A stretch of 64,000 nt of DNA from Cenococcum geophilum (lineage: Eukaryota). The stretch spans positions 2,976,001 to 3,040,000 of the forward strand of contig CP158636.1 in NCBI GenBank assembly GCA_050273025.1, read 5' to 3'. A program made the position numbers and the translations under genes. This document shows positions 1 to 13,098 of this stretch, piece by piece. Positions within the stretch are counted from its first letter, which is position 1, and every line of letters starts with the position of its first letter. A model generated the notes under the pieces. It was not told the DNA's origin. It saw only the letters and a list, made by a program, of their open reading frames with translations, and did not search any database.

Positions 1-2056
1 TTCTAAAGCTATAGTGGTTGCATTATCTAGTTCGATCTCGCTGTATAAAGTATAGTATGCTATGGCCTAGTCGTCTTCGTTTAATAGGGTGCTGGAGTTT
101 ATGTTAACTACTAGGGCGTTAAATGCGTTAGTAATCTCATTATCTAAGTCGTTATCCTTATTGTTATCGCCTTCGTAGTCTATAATATATTACTTTATTC
201 ATTCCTAAAAGTGGTCCTTAAACTTATTTTTAAACTTAGTCTTAGACTCTTTTTGCTCCTCCTTAGTATGTTTCTATAAGTAATATCCTTCCCTATTATA
301 TACGAAGCAACATAGTTTTTATTGGTTGCGGTTATATAAGGGGTTTCTGCGGTTGCTACGGTTATTATCTCTTCTATAGAATTGTCGGTTTATAAAGAAA
401 GCTTATATCTTCTCCGTATACTCTTTCTTATATACTATAATAGACGATTAAAGTTTATTAATAAGGGCTCTAAAGTTATCCGGTGGGTTAGAGACTATAT
501 ATCTATATGCTAGTATTCCTTAGTAAAAAGTGACAATTTTGTTATAAAGGAAGTCTATGGTTTATAGAGTAGGTCTAAGGCTATACTATAGTTAACAAAG
601 TCTATAAATTAGTAATTAGAGGCATTCGCTTATAGACTTATCTATATTTCCTACTATTACTATTATAAGTATAATAATATTCTACTTGTCTAGGTTCTTG
701 CGTTAAAATCCTAGTCCTTTAAAGAAATTCTAAAGGTGCTTATAGGCTTTGGCAAATAGTAGGCGGGATAGTTAGTTTATATAGAAGTGGTTTAAAGCTA
801 GTCCTTTTAATATAGTAGGGAATGCCTTAAGGTAAGCTTCTTATGGTACGTCTGCTTAATTATAGATATTATAGAATATTATTAATTTATAGTTAAGGCT
901 TTTGTTTATGCTACTATATTTCTACTCCTCTATATATATCTTAGTTATATTCGCAATTTCCTTACTATAATTAGTTGCAGTAACAGGGCGGTTCTCCTTA
1001 TTTGTGGGTTATATGTGGAGTTATTATATTATTATGGGTTAAAGTATAACGGATAGTGTAAAAGTAGAGGTAGTTTGTATACCGGTTAGTTAGGTTGCAG
1101 TAGCTTTAGCTTATTATTACTCCTTTAAGGTACCCTTTGTTATATATACCTTAATTAATCTAGATAGCGTCGGTCCGTACTTATTGTTAGCTAATTTAAT
1201 TATCTCTCTGCTTTATTCGGTTTGGTCTTTTTTTTAATACTATATTATATAAAGACTAAGGGAGCGTTTTACCTTGTTTATAGTTAATACTAACCTATAC
1301 TCCTCTAATATTTAGGTAGTTATATAGTTGCTAAAGCTAGTATAAGGGGATCTGCGTAAAGATATTAACCGTAAAGTCCTTAAAATCTCCCTGGAACGAT
1401 TCCTAGAGTATTAAGTTTAGCTAGTTGTATATCTCTATATATACGTACATCTTATATTATAAGTAGTTAGTTAGTTTGTCTTTAAAGGCTTCCGTTAGGT
1501 TAATTTTATCTTCTTATTTAGCTGCTTCTTCCTTTTAGTCTTTCTTTATTCCTAATATCTTGTGTTTTATATATTATTTAAGTAAGTAAGGGTATTCGTA
1601 GGGTAGAGGTAGGGGAGTAGTTAAGGAGGCGGTTAAGGAGGTAGTTGAGTTGTTTAAGTTAGGTAAAGGGTAAGGTGTTCTGCGCAGTAATCTTCTGGAA
1701 TAGATAGAACGAGAAAAATAAATTATTGTAGATATTTGTCCAAATTCTATGAATGGAGATTCAGATATTTAGAAGTCGTTGTGGATACTAAATAAGTACT
1801 TCTAGGTGGTTTCTCTTCTTCTCTTTAACTGAAATAGGCTAATAGGAAAGGTAGATAAGTATAACTATCTTCTAATCTACTGCAAGGTGGACAGTATAAC
1901 TGTCTTTTAAGCTATCTACGTGTTTCCTAATCTATACACGCTTACTAATTAGTGTTAGGATACTTTAATATGGTGCAATAGACGTAATATACGTGCAGTG
2001 CAGTGCAGTGTGTAGTTAGATTCTTAAGGTTCTATTCTATAGTATAGTGTTTAACA
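1..2056 (-). mobile_element. GalEa-like Ty1/Copia retrotransposon, 5' part (LTR + gag), RIP-degraded, continues beyond window start
   Basis: 104-bp TG..CA LTR at 1953-2056 followed on minus strand by CTAATTAGT (same post-LTR site as elements at 18370 and 58342); minus-strand gag resembles 19400-20500, including CFVC-type knuckle near 270-312. Confidence 0.75.
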
Positions 2057-2374
2057 ATATATACGCGTTTTGCGTAGTTTACGTGCTTTATATACGTGAT
2101 ATATAAAATAAATAACTACTAGCCATGGTGTCTCCTTTGTCTATTCCTATATTCTAATAGATATAAATAAGGAGTCTAATAATAGAATAATAGGGTATAT
2201 TGTATATATAGAGACAAATCCTTAAGGGAAAAGGAGGAGTCTATATATAAGGTAGGAAGGGTTTTCCCTAAGTATATACAGCGTATATACCTTATAGATA
2301 AGTTACCTCTAAGTTACCCCAGGGTTACCTATACCTTACAGCTATATAACTATCTACTTAGGTTTTACCTAACA
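2057..2374 (-). repeat. 3' LTR (probably interrupted) of a minus-strand LTR element whose degenerate internal region runs 2375-4565 and probably 13819-14401
   Basis: Minus strand reads AAAGGGAGGGGGG (PPT) CAT TGTTAGG at 2392->2368; no pol motifs recognised in the internal part. Confidence 0.5.
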
Positions 2375-4565
2375 ATGCCCCCCTCCCTTTAAAAAGGGTT
2401 GTCCCCAATCCTTTATATACTTAAGCCTTAATAAAACCCTATAAGGAAAACCTTGGTAGGGAAAAAATTTAGAGGGGAAAGAGCGTTTTAATTTTGTGTA
2501 TAAAGAGACGGGTAGTATATATACGTGGCGCGAAGATATTAAGGAACTTTAACTAGCAGTTAAAGTTATTTAATTAGTTAAATTTGCCTTACTAAAACTC
2601 CCCCACATTTAACTAAGCTAATAGTAATTTTATATACCTAGTATAGAAAATCCTAATTAGTCTATTTAATAGGTAGGGCTAGTAGAGCTTAATACCGTTA
2701 CCTAAATTTAGTAGACTAGAAATATTCTAAAAGCTTACTTATATAGGCAGGTTGCTAGTACCTCGTAGGTTAGTTATAGGTTATTTATATATAGCCAGAT
2801 TTATAAACGGTAAGGCTATATACTTATTAAATTCGCCGCTAACCCTACTTTAGCCTTACGCTATATATACTTTATGGGTAAGTTATAAGTTACTTATATA
2901 TAGCCGGGTTTAGGATAATAAAGCTATATACCTATTAAATCCGCCGCTAATTTATACTTTAGCCTTACGCGTTATCTATATAGTATATACATAAAATAGT
3001 ATAGGTTATTAGTATAGGTTACTACTAGTAGGTTACTAGTAGGTTATAAACCCTAATTAAATAGACCCTAGTTATAAATAGGCCTATTTTCTAATATATA
3101 AATAATCTGCTTAGCTAGTATAGAGTAACGGACTAGGTTTAAAAAGGGTGCTTTTTAAATTAAGCTTTGTTATTAGTATACGCTATAGCCTTACCTATAA
3201 GTTACTAGCATTGCTAGGTTATATTAGAGTGTAGCTTATATAGGATATTAATAAATTAAAACTTTACCCTATATATGCGCCGCAGTTCTTATAGTAATTA
3301 TTACTTATTCTTTAATCCCTTAGAACGTCCTCTACTCTACTTTAATATAGGTTATATTGTAATAGCGGCGCTTACTTTTCGCCTACGCTTTAGCTATAAG
3401 GCTAAAATATCCCACTTATAGTACTTATCTAGCAGTTATTAATAATTCTTAAGTTCTATCTCGTATTTCTACTTATTATACTTATTTAGCTATCCTAGCT
3501 ATTTAATAAGGTATTATAGTTATTTAGCACGATCCTAGTAGGTAATAATTACTTTTACTTCCCAGCTGCCTTCCTTAAGCTCTTTTACTACTAGGGATTA
3601 AAACTTAGGGCGTAACCTATTGTTATAGGACGGGGGTAGTGGCTATAGAGCGTATGTATTTAAGGAGTCTATAAGACGTTACGCAATCGATTATAAGGGT
3701 TAAGGGCGTAAGGAGGTAATATACCTACGCGTAGCTAATATAAGCTATACGTAAGGTATATATAAGAGTATAGGGCTCTCCTATAGAGGCCCCTACGCTA
3801 GGGTTCCGTAATACTACCCCCCTTTTTATAGAGGCGGAGCTCTGGCGACGCTATAGTTACTATATATATATAAAAGGGACACTTAAAGTATAGAAAAGAA
3901 GAAAGGGGGTTATTATTAAAGGCTTAAAACAACGTTATATAATAAGGCTTGGCATCTAAAAATCCAACTAATTAGATAACTTTAACCACCGGTTAAAGTT
4001 CCTAGATATTTTAATAATATTCTAATTATATAATCGCACTTTGCTATAATCTAATGGCAATTTAATGGCAATTCGCCCTTACGTGGTAATATATAACGGT
4101 TTAACTCTATAAGGGCTTCTATAGAGAATTAGATATAAAATCTCTGCTTAGGCCTAGTTTCTATAGGTTTATATAGTAAAAGTCGCTAATTAAATCCTTT
4201 ATATTTTTAAAGTCTTCCTATAGTTGCTATTCTGGCTAATTTATATTAAATTCTGTGTATATAGCTCTATAGTAGAGCTATCGTCCTCTATCTTTTCCAA
4301 AGTATTTAAAGTTAATAATTCGTTTAATAGTCCACTCCTTATAGTTCTTATCTTTATTCTTATCTTAGATTAGTATTAGTAGGGGTTTAGGCTATATCTA
4401 CCCTAGTAAAGGGTTAGGCTAATGGAGATATAATAGCTATAGGTAAAATATAGGCTATATCCTATAGGTGGTTAGGGTAGGTAGGAGTTCTAGCTTATAT
4501 ATAGCTCCTCTATTAATAACTTATTTAATTAGATAGGGGCTAAGGTTCTTATAATTAAGTAACTT

Positions 4566-7563
4566 ACGTCGCTACTAAACGATAGGTAGAGTGCCTACTA
4601 AAAGCTATAGACACCTAGGGCCTTAAGCTGGCCACCCCCCCTAGAGCAATTATATGGCAATGAGGATCCGCCAGAAGTATAATTGACCTTACATTTATGG
4701 ACGAAGGCCTATACTAGAGACTTAAAAGGTACAACCCTAAAGAAGAATAGGCACTCACTTTAGACCATATCCCCATCTAGATACAGCTAGATTTAGACAT
4801 TAAGGCGCAACTAAATAGCAAAAGATACGCAATAAGGATGCTTAAGGCAGACAGCTTCCTTAATATAGTTAAACAACAACTCTAAGACCTAGAAGAAATC
4901 CACCCGATACCAAATAAGCGAGGCTTATTAGCCACCCCTAAGGAAATCAACTAAAGACTAGAAAGGATCCAGGCAGTAATTAAAAATGGGTTAAAAGAGC
5001 ACTGCCCGGTCTTAAGACCAGGCCCCTATACGCGATATATATGGTCTATATAATGCGCAGTTCTTATAGCTAGCCAACAATAAGCAAGAAGGAAATACTT
5101 AAGTAGCTATAACTCTAAAGATAAGAGATGATATAAAGACATAAGAAACCAGTTAAAGAATATCCTAAAAAAAGAAGCAAGAAACAACTAGAGATAATTT
5201 ATAAACGAGCATACTTTTAACCCGAGCCTCCCCTATAATAAGGGCCTGTAGGCTATAGCAAAATAGGTAAAGAAAAAGGTAGGGCGACTAGCAGAAGACC
5301 TATACCTACCACCCCTACGAAGAGTAGGGGAATCACAGGCTACTAATAATAACGATAAGAAGGCAAAGATCCTTATAGAAAGGTTCTTCCCCTAACCAGC
5401 TCTAGTAGACCTTAGTAATATTACGGGTAAAACACCAGTAACTTACCTGTGGGTTAACAGCGATATAACAATAGAGGAAATGGCTAAAACTATTAGCCGC
5501 CTTTTAAACAATATAGTACTAGGACTAGATGGGATTCTAAATAAGGCCCTAAAGACCTGTGGATTACTTATAGTACCCTAGCTTACAGATATAGCCAGAC
5601 TTTACTATAGGCTACTACCCACGACTCGGAAGATCTATAACGACGGTTATTCTATAAAAAGAAGGTAAAGCAGATTACTTAATCCCAGGAAGCTACCGCC
5701 CTATTGCTTTAGAAAATACCCTTAGCAAGATTTTAGAAAAGGTAATAGCGGACCGCATAACAGACATGGCTAAGGAACACGCCCTACTACCATAGAGCTA
5801 AATAGGGGCAAGAAAGAACCGCTTAACACTATCAGCACTTACGCTACTTGCTGCCACTATTAAATCCGCATAGGCGATGCAAAGGGACTTTGTAGTATTA
5901 ATGCTTAGCCTAGATATTAGTGGCGCCTATAATAACGTACCCCATAAGCGTCTCCTATATATCCTTAGGGCAAAAGGCTTCCTAAAATAGATTATATAAT
6001 TTGTTTAAGGGTTTATAAGTTAGAAAGAAATATTACTAGTTTTTAGCAGATACTAGAGCCCCCCTATTGCAGTTATAATAGGAATACTACAAGGATCACC
6101 CCTCTTACCTATACTCTTCCTTTTCTTTATAAGCAACCTACTTAACTCCTTTAAGGAAGGGGCGACCTAGGGGATAAGCTTTATTAATAATACAAACCTA
6201 ATTATATACGGGCTAACAGCCGTAGAGAATTATAGAATACTAGAGAAAGCTTATAATACCTATATAGAATAGGCAAGACAATATAAAGTCCAATTTTTAC
6301 CAAAGAAATACCAGCTAATCCATTTTATAAGAAAACGCAACTAATCTATAAATCTCTAGCATATAATTTACATCTAAGGCTTTAGGGGTTAACCAGTTTA
6401 GGGCCTAAGGGTATTAGGAGTATGGGTAAATAGCAAGCTCTAATAGAGCGCATATACGGCGTAAGCAGCCCATAAGGGCCAAGCACAGTATATTATATTA
6501 TTTAGGATCGTTAATTCTATATAGGGTCTATACTTCTAGAGGTTACGCCTCCTATATATAGCAGTTGTCTAGCTAACCATAACGTATAGGTCTAGTATTT
6601 GGGCCATTAGAGAATCTAAGAAAGGCCCCCCTAAGTTACTCCTTAAACCACTCCAAAAGGTCTAAACAGCCTGCCTCTAAAGTATAATAGGCGGATATAA
6701 GCAAACGGCCACAGCACTACTTAAGAAGGAAGCCAATATTCCCCCCCTATAACTATATATTAAAGCCGCTGCAATATAAAGGGCGCAAAATAAACGCAAC
6801 TCTAATGTTATAAAGTATATTAAGACACGCCTAAATAAACTATAGAGGGACCCTAGGGCGCCCTATAGGAGAATAAACTAATAACCCTAAAGTAGGGAAG
6901 ATATATTGGAGAAATAGGTAAAGAAAGCAAAAGAAGAATAGTACTGCTTTAGGGCCTAGGCCTATATAGAGGAGGAAGGGAAACGCGTAAGAGGCCAGTA
7001 AAAACAACAGTAAGAGAGAGAAAGGAGCTAAAGTAGAGTATAAAAGAACGCCAGGAAACCATCTACCGCGATATAATACTGGTTAGACTAACGCTAAAGA
7101 GGTATATAGAAGTTAAAGGTACAGAGGCTAACTAAGGCAAGAGGAACCTAAGTTGTAGCATAGTTAACGCTATAGGGGGTAAACACTCTAAGGCTCTAAG
7201 AAGGCCTAATAAAGGCAGAAAATATAATGGCAATACTCTTAAGAATAGGAATAATAGGACTAAAAGACTGGCTCTACTAGGTAGGTGTCCTAGTAGGTAG
7301 CCTAAGATACGAATATAGCTAGCTAAGACAGATACTAAAACATATAATACTATTATGCCCCTTACGCACCAACTAAGAAGTAATACTCTTAGTAGCTAGT
7401 ATAGAGAACTATAATATACTGCTCTTGATATAAAAAGGCCTTAAGGCAGTTACTTAGTAGCTTATTAGCCAAAATATACTAAACCAGTTCTGGGTTATAA
7501 AGGAAATAGTAATAAAGGGCGGGGGGGCGAGTAACGGGCGCCCCCTAATAACTCTACAGTAGT
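4566..7563 (+). pseudogene. LINE ORF2 (APE endonuclease C-terminus, reverse transcriptase, C-terminal CCHC), RIP-inactivated
   Basis: IDLTF (~4682), SYRPIALENTLSKILEKVIA (~5690-5750), LDISGAYNNV (~5910), QGSPL.PILFLFF (~6090-6125), FINN(=DD) (~6180), de-RIPed CxC..H..C (~7310-7360). Confidence 0.88.
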
Positions 7564-7919
7564 TGTTAGCGACTTAGTCAATTAAGACATAAGCACGGCA
7601 AAAGGGTCGCGCAAGCCTGTACGATTGGATTGTCTATAAACGAGAATCTAAAGCTAAAGAAAGGAAAGGAGAAGAAGGGGAGCGCCGCTTAAAGCTATAT
7701 ACGATCTTCGCGTCACATAACCGCAATATACGGCAATCTGTGGCAACTTGCCGGTGCGTAGTTCTGCCAAGTTCTGCCAGTACCGTAATATTACCCCCCC
7801 CTCTAAAAAAGCCTGCCCTTAGGCTTTGCCGCTAAAAGTTTTAGCAAGAGAATTTAACTAATTAGATAACTTTAACCGCCGGTTAAAGTTCCTAGATATC
7901 TTAACACCTTACATAACTA

Positions 7920-10900
7920 AGAAATTTCTAGGGTGTTTTTGTCCTTATATTCTTCTGGTAGCTTATCATCTTTATTATACTAGCATTCTATCCACTTATC
8001 TAGGTACTTTAGCGGTCCGGGTTTATTAGGGTAACGGCTGTAAAACTCCTAAAGCTTATAGGGGCTACCTATAAAGTTCTATATAGGGTACTAAGTGGGG
8101 TCTGGGTTATATCCTTTCCAACTAATATAATACTTTAATATTCCCTTTACAAGTTTACAGGCTAGTATTTCTTTAATTTCCTATTTATTATCGTCGTTAA
8201 CTTAAATTAGCAGGGGAGGTTTATTCTTTTGTCCAGGTAGTAGGTTATTTATAGCTTTCTATAGCTTATCTAGTAAGAAGATAGGGTGGACTTTAATTAA
8301 GTCTGGGAGCTTAACCTTATATAAATTGCCTACTTTATTAAGAATCTTATACGGTCCTACTATCTTATAGTCCAGCTTACGGCTAGGCCGTTCTATTTTT
8401 TAGTTCTTTATTATAACCTAGACCATATTACCTATAGTAAAGTTAGGCTTACGCCTATACTTATTTACCTGCTGTTCTATTAACTTCTAGGCCTTTTCTA
8501 AGTTTGTATAGGCTACTTTCTAAGCTTTTTCTAAGCGCTTAGCGTACTGCTAGGCTTCCTTATAAGATAGTTTTTCGCGTATAGTCTAGGGCCCTTTTAG
8601 TCTTTCCTAGTTAAAGCTTATATAGGGTAGGTAACCTATTTCTAGTTAAATAGGGGCAAATCCGGTAGAGTTATAGGGTAAAGTCGCTTAGGCGTAGTCC
8701 ATTAAGGGTAATAGTTTGGCCTAGTTATCCTAAAAGTAGTTAATAAAAGGCCGGAGTCTCTAGTCCAAGTATTAATTTATAATCTCTGTTTAACCGTCTA
8801 TCTAGGGGTAATATGCCGTAGAAAGCTTTAGCTTAATGCCTAGGATTTAGGTAAACTTATTCTAAAAGGCTAATATAAACTGCGGCCCGTGGTTAGATAT
8901 AATAGTATCTAGTAGTCCGTAAATTCGTGGATATATAGTTGGGCTGCCTCTTTAGTATTAATATTCTTATAATAGGGAATTAAGAACGGGCGCTTGCCGA
9001 AGTAGTTAACTAGGATTATAACTATATCATATCCATTATGGTCTAGAGGTAGCTTATAAAAGTCTATAGAGATATGTTACCAGGGGCGGTCGGGTATTAG
9101 AAGGGATTTTAATAATCCTAGGGTCTTATCTTATGGGATTGTAGACCTATAGCAGTTATTATAGTTCCGTATATAGCGGTTAATATCTATAACCATTCCG
9201 GGCCAGTAGTAGCGGTTGCTAATAATCCTATAGGTCTTATTTTTTCTAGGGTAGGCCGTAGAGACCTGGGTATATGCTTTAGCAATAAGCCGAGTCTATA
9301 AGTTCTATTTCTTTACTACTACCAGCCGTTCCTAATACTTAAGTAATCCATTTTTAAGGGACTATAGGCTGGTAACGTTCTTTGCCTTTTTACGGTACTT
9401 CTGTAGAGAAGGGGCCGTACGGTTTGTCTATAGCAATTTATTAATTAAGTTAAGTCCTAAAGGGTTAATAGAATATATCTCGGCGCCTAAGGAGTTTATA
9501 CTTAGTTCTGCTTATATCTAGGGGTTAAGGTGCTCTAGTTATAGTAGCGTCTAGGTCCGTAATAAAATCTTCACAGCCATATAGTTACCTAGGTCTTATT
9601 TACGCCTAGTAAGAGCATCCGCACGGTTTATAGCACCTAGTTTATATATAATTAAGAAGTTAAACTAAGATAGGATATCTGCCTAGCGTGCCTGCCGGGC
9701 CGTAAGGGCCTTAGTTATTATAAAGTATTCTAGGGCCTTATAATCTAACACTACTTTAATAGGTTTAGGGGTCCCCTCTAGCTATACACGCCAGTGCTAA
9801 AAGCTAGAGATAATAGCTAGCATTTCTTTATTATGGATGTAGTAGTTTAGTTTAGTATCTATTATAGTCTTTAAATAGTATACAATAGGGTGCTATTCTC
9901 TGTCCAGTTGCTTCTAGGAAAAAATATTAGCTATTGCGCCGTCTAAGGCATTAGTTTCTAGCATTAAGGGCCGTTCTAGGTTAAAGTGGGCAAGTAGGGG
10001 GGCCGACACTAGCCGTTTTTTAAGCTCCTTAAAGGCCTATATATATATAGCGTTAAAGTAAAAGGGCTGGTCTTTCCTAGTAAGGCGGTTAAGAGGCTAG
10101 GCGATCCTGCTGTAGTTCTTAATAAAGCGTTAGTAGAAGTTACAGAAACCTAAAAATAATTATACCCCCTTTACGGTCTATGGGGGCGTCTACTAGTTAA
10201 TTATAGTCGTTTTCTCTAGGTTGGCCTTAATTCCGTCTATACTAATAATAAAACCTAAGTACTTTATACGCTTAACACTGAATTCTAACTTCTTAATATT
10301 GGCCTAGAGGCCAGCTTCGCGGAGCTATTATAGGACTTTATAGACGTGCTTCTTGTATTCCAGTTCGTTCTCTAAGTAGATTATAATATTATCTAGATAG
10401 GCTATATAGAAGTCATTAAGGTAGTTAAAGAGTATATTATTTATATACCGCTAGTATATAGCTAGTCCGTTGGTTAGTCTAAAAGAAAGTACCTTATATT
10501 TATACATCCTGTAACGGGTCTAAAATATAGTAAGATCCTTAGACCTGGGGTTTATCCTAATTTAATAAAAGGCCTAGCGGATATCGAGCTTTATAAAAAC
10601 CTTAGCTCTACTTATTTGGGTAAGAGTCTTATTAAGTAAGGGCAGCGGGTAGCGGTCCTTGCGGGTTATATTATTTAGCTTACGGTAGTTAATGCAGAAG
10701 CGCAGTCCTCTATTTAGCTTTTTAACAAAGAGAATAGGTAAGTTAAAAGGGGCTTAGCTAGGCTCGATAAAGCCCTTATTTAGGTTATTAATAAGGTACT
10801 GCTTTATAGCCTATAATTCGGCAATAGACTATAGGTAGAGAGGGCTAAAGCTAAGGGTACTTCCCTTATCTTGCTCGATCTTAATCTTATAGTTATATGG

Positions 10901-11990
10901 TTAGTAGGGTGAAAGTATATTAAACGCTGCCTTAGAGAATACGTCCTTAAATTTCCGGTGTTAATTAGGCAGTTTTTACTCCACTAGTTCTTTATCTATA
11001 AGCCCGCTTTCCTATCCGCTAAGCTCGCTTTCCTTTTCCTTAATTATTTAGTTAATTTTATATAGGCTAGTTATAAAGGTAACGGTATTAGGCTAAACCA
11101 GGTTTTAGTAAAATCCTATAGCGCTAATGCAACAGACATTAACTGGTAGGAGGTCTATAGGTTTCTTTAGCGTCCGTTAGGCCGTGGTTTATAGTATAGG
11201 GTTTATAGTCTTCCTTAGCTCACATTTTATTTTCTATAAGTTATCCTTCCTATCTATTAGTTTAGTATAGCGTCCAATATCCCTGGCTTTCCTTTATAGC
11301 TTTATAGGGTTCTTTATAGGGAACTTAGCTAGGTTATTACTAACTTCCTAGGTCTCTGGTGTGGGTAGCGTAACATAGGTAGTCTAAGGGCGGCGTAGTA
11401 TACAGATCCGTTACGGGTTAAGCTATACGTCCTTCTTAAAGGCCTGGTCTCTATATATAGTATTGGCCTAGTAAATAGTATTAATCTGGGGCCGTATAAG
11501 GTTTTCTATTGTAATGCTGATTTCTTTTATAAAGAAAGGGGTTAGGGGTAGAGTTTTGGGCTAGATAAGCCGTCTACTTTATACTTTGAGCTGCAAGCCT
11601 AAATAGGCTAGCCATTTTCTTCCTAAGATTATATTGTGGCTTCCTAAGTCCGTAATAAGAAAGGGGACGTTATACTACCTTTATCTATTAACGCGGAGGT
11701 AGATCCGCAAGATAGTTATAATAGGTGGCCCTATCCGTCCGTTATAACCGCAAATAGGGATTGGTTTGGGCAGTTCTTTAAGGGGTATATTTAAAAAATT
11801 AGCCAGTTTTACAGCGCACTTTATATTAATTAAGGTAAAGATATTTACTCCTAAGTTAGCTAAAGCAAAGGTTAAAACTTAATATCTATTACGAAATAAA
11901 GTATAAGGGATAGTGCAGCTTCTTCTACTAACTAGCTAACCTAGATTAATATATGACATATTAATCCCTTTTAACCCTAAAGAGGAGTCT
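7920..11990 (-). pseudogene. pol: Gypsy pol (PR-RT-RNaseH-IN-chromodomain)
   Basis: LRFCINYRKLN (~10680-10710), YLDN(=D)I (~10390), ETNA(=DAS) (~9950), integrase and W(Y)P chromodomain (~8000-8190). Confidence 0.9.
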
Positions 11991-11994
11991 TCCT

Positions 11995-13098
11995 CTAGGG
12001 TTCCTTTTTTTCCGGCTCTATACTATCCTTTTAAATTAACAGGACCTTATTTGTCCTTACCTTTATTGGGCAGTTCCTTATAGGGTGGCCTATTTAACCG
12101 TATAAGAAGTAAGCTCCTTAATCGCTAAGGGCCTATATATGGGGGTCGCTATATATAGGCTGGGTGTATACCGGACCCACAGCAGGGGTAGCTGCGCGGC
12201 CAGCTGCTGGGTTAGCTGTAGGAGTTGCTAATTATGCCGGGGCATTATGGGCCGTACTTATAGTACTTGCGGCCTAGTTTATAAGGTTTCTAGTTTTTAG
12301 CCAGTTGGTATATGCCTTAATTTAACAAAGGCCTTAGTTAATAGCTAGGCAATAGTCCGTAAGTTCCTTTAATGTCTATACTATAGTATAAGCTAGCAAT
12401 ACGGCCCGCTGTAGGTCTAGGGTAAGCTTATTAAAGAGGTCTAGTAGTAGGTCTTTCTAGGGGATCTGGGCCTATCTAGCCAGGTATAGAAAGCGGGTTT
12501 AAAAGGCCGAAAAGGTCTCCATTGTTTTTATATTTAGGCTTTTATAGCTAAGGCGGGCGTTTTATACTTTAAAAGGGTCTTTATAAATAGAAGATAAGTG
12601 TTTAATTATTTCTTCTTTAGAGATAAAGGGGTTTACTAAGTCTTCCGTGTATTGCGGGCGTAAATGCGTCTAGGCGTCTCCGCCAGTACGGCCGAAGATA
12701 TAGGCCATTCTGGCTCGGGCGTTAGGGAAGTAGTCTATATTAATTTTAAGCTTATCCTATAATTAAAGCTTCCAATTATTAAATATAGGGTTGGTTCCGT
12801 CTGTAAGTAGTGGGGGGTCCGCAACCTTTGCTAACCGCTTTAATGCTATATAGGCCTTAGTGGATCCACTAAGGCGCTAGGATAGGGCCTAAAGGACTAT
12901 AGTAAGTCTTTAATTGTCTAATAATGACTTATTATTAGATATAGGGGTATCTCTGGCTTTAAGCAGCTCTCGCAATTATTTAATTTCGGCATTGGCAGCC
13001 GCAAGCTCCGCCTAGGGGGTTAAAACGTTAATTGTTTCTTCGTCTAAAGTATTTAAGGGTCCTACAGCTGCTTTACCTACTGCTGTGGTTCGTGGCAT
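11995..13098 (-). pseudogene. gag: Gypsy gag with CCHC knuckle
   Basis: Starts ATGCCACGAACC at 13098; homologous to gag of element 47687-53875; knuckle ~12070-12115. Confidence 0.8.

Noticed and set aside
3080..3500. Second antisense Cys-cluster ORF
   Set aside because: Candidate Cys codons do not fall in one frame with acceptable spacing
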